A stretch of 63,954 bases of DNA, counting the filler, from Sanchytrium tribonematis (taxonomy: Eukaryota), in NCBI GenBank assembly GCA_018985235.1. It is 5 parts of 5 records of this genome, joined end to end, with 100 filler letters (N's around TTAATTAATTAA, not from the genome) between each part and the next. Parts side by side here need not be neighbours in the genome. Positions count along the whole stretch, not along the records: positions 52,592 to 63,954 come from JADGIG010000261.1; 4 more parts are not named here. One strand, 5' to 3'. Below the pieces are notes generated by a model. It made no database searches. It was not told the DNA's origin and saw nothing but the letters and a program-made list of their open reading frames with translations. The position numbers were made by a program, and so were the translations under genes. This document shows, in pieces, positions 63,725 through 63,954 of the stretch (position 1 is its first letter; each line of letters begins with the position of its first letter).

Positions 63725-63954
63725 ATGACACGAGGGGATTTCGATTTGGAAGATCCGCCTCGATTGCGTCAATTTTCGCGCATAATAAACAGTTCATTTT
63801 CACATTTGAACAGAGAAACGAATAGTCATTTTACTATTCATTGCAAACCCAATAATACTTTCGCGTATTATGACATGAGAAAACATAAAAGATTTATTTT
63901 GGCAAATGTGCCACCAGATATATGTGCAAAGTCATTGCGTAGGTTCCTTCGGGG

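Noticed and set aside
1..63954. CRISPR arrays, rRNA, tRNA, snRNA or prokaryotic operons
   Set aside because: None recognised by eye; gene content and introns are eukaryotic. Divergent ncRNAs cannot be excluded without a covariance-model search.

Overview
AT-rich, extremely compact eukaryotic DNA in the standard genetic code. The window is five unrelated contigs of about 13 kb joined by artificial 100-nt N/TTAATTAATTAA linkers. The gene content (Mgm1, HCCS, GH18 chitinase, Sec27, Cdc7, Rad26, axonemal LC1/DNAL1, a DRC10-like protein) points to a flagellated, early-diverging fungus or close opisthokont relative; this placement is inference. Contigs 1-4 are tightly packed housekeeping genes with spacers often under 20 nt. 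The main hidden signal is a set of 11 ultra-short GT-AG introns (ten of 19 nt, one of 20 nt). All have an A at -6 and a T at -8 from the 3' end, and removing them restores reading frames and conserved motifs that the ORF track splits. Contig 5 is an accessory region: a decaying tandem array of LRR surface-protein genes, one interrupted by an intact single-ORF LINE. That LINE has APE-RT-Zn-RNase H domains, a 19-bp TSD, a poly(A) tail and an unusual N-terminal region with candidate ubiquitin/beta-grasp-like modules. Also notable are a Blh-type beta-carotene dioxygenase next to AACS and a retinol-dehydrogenase-like SDR, a phage/giant-virus-like nucleotidyltransferase, head-to-head overlapping COA3/RIO1 genes and a CCC/GGG motif just upstream of start codons. 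All protein identities are from motif recognition by eye, not database searches.
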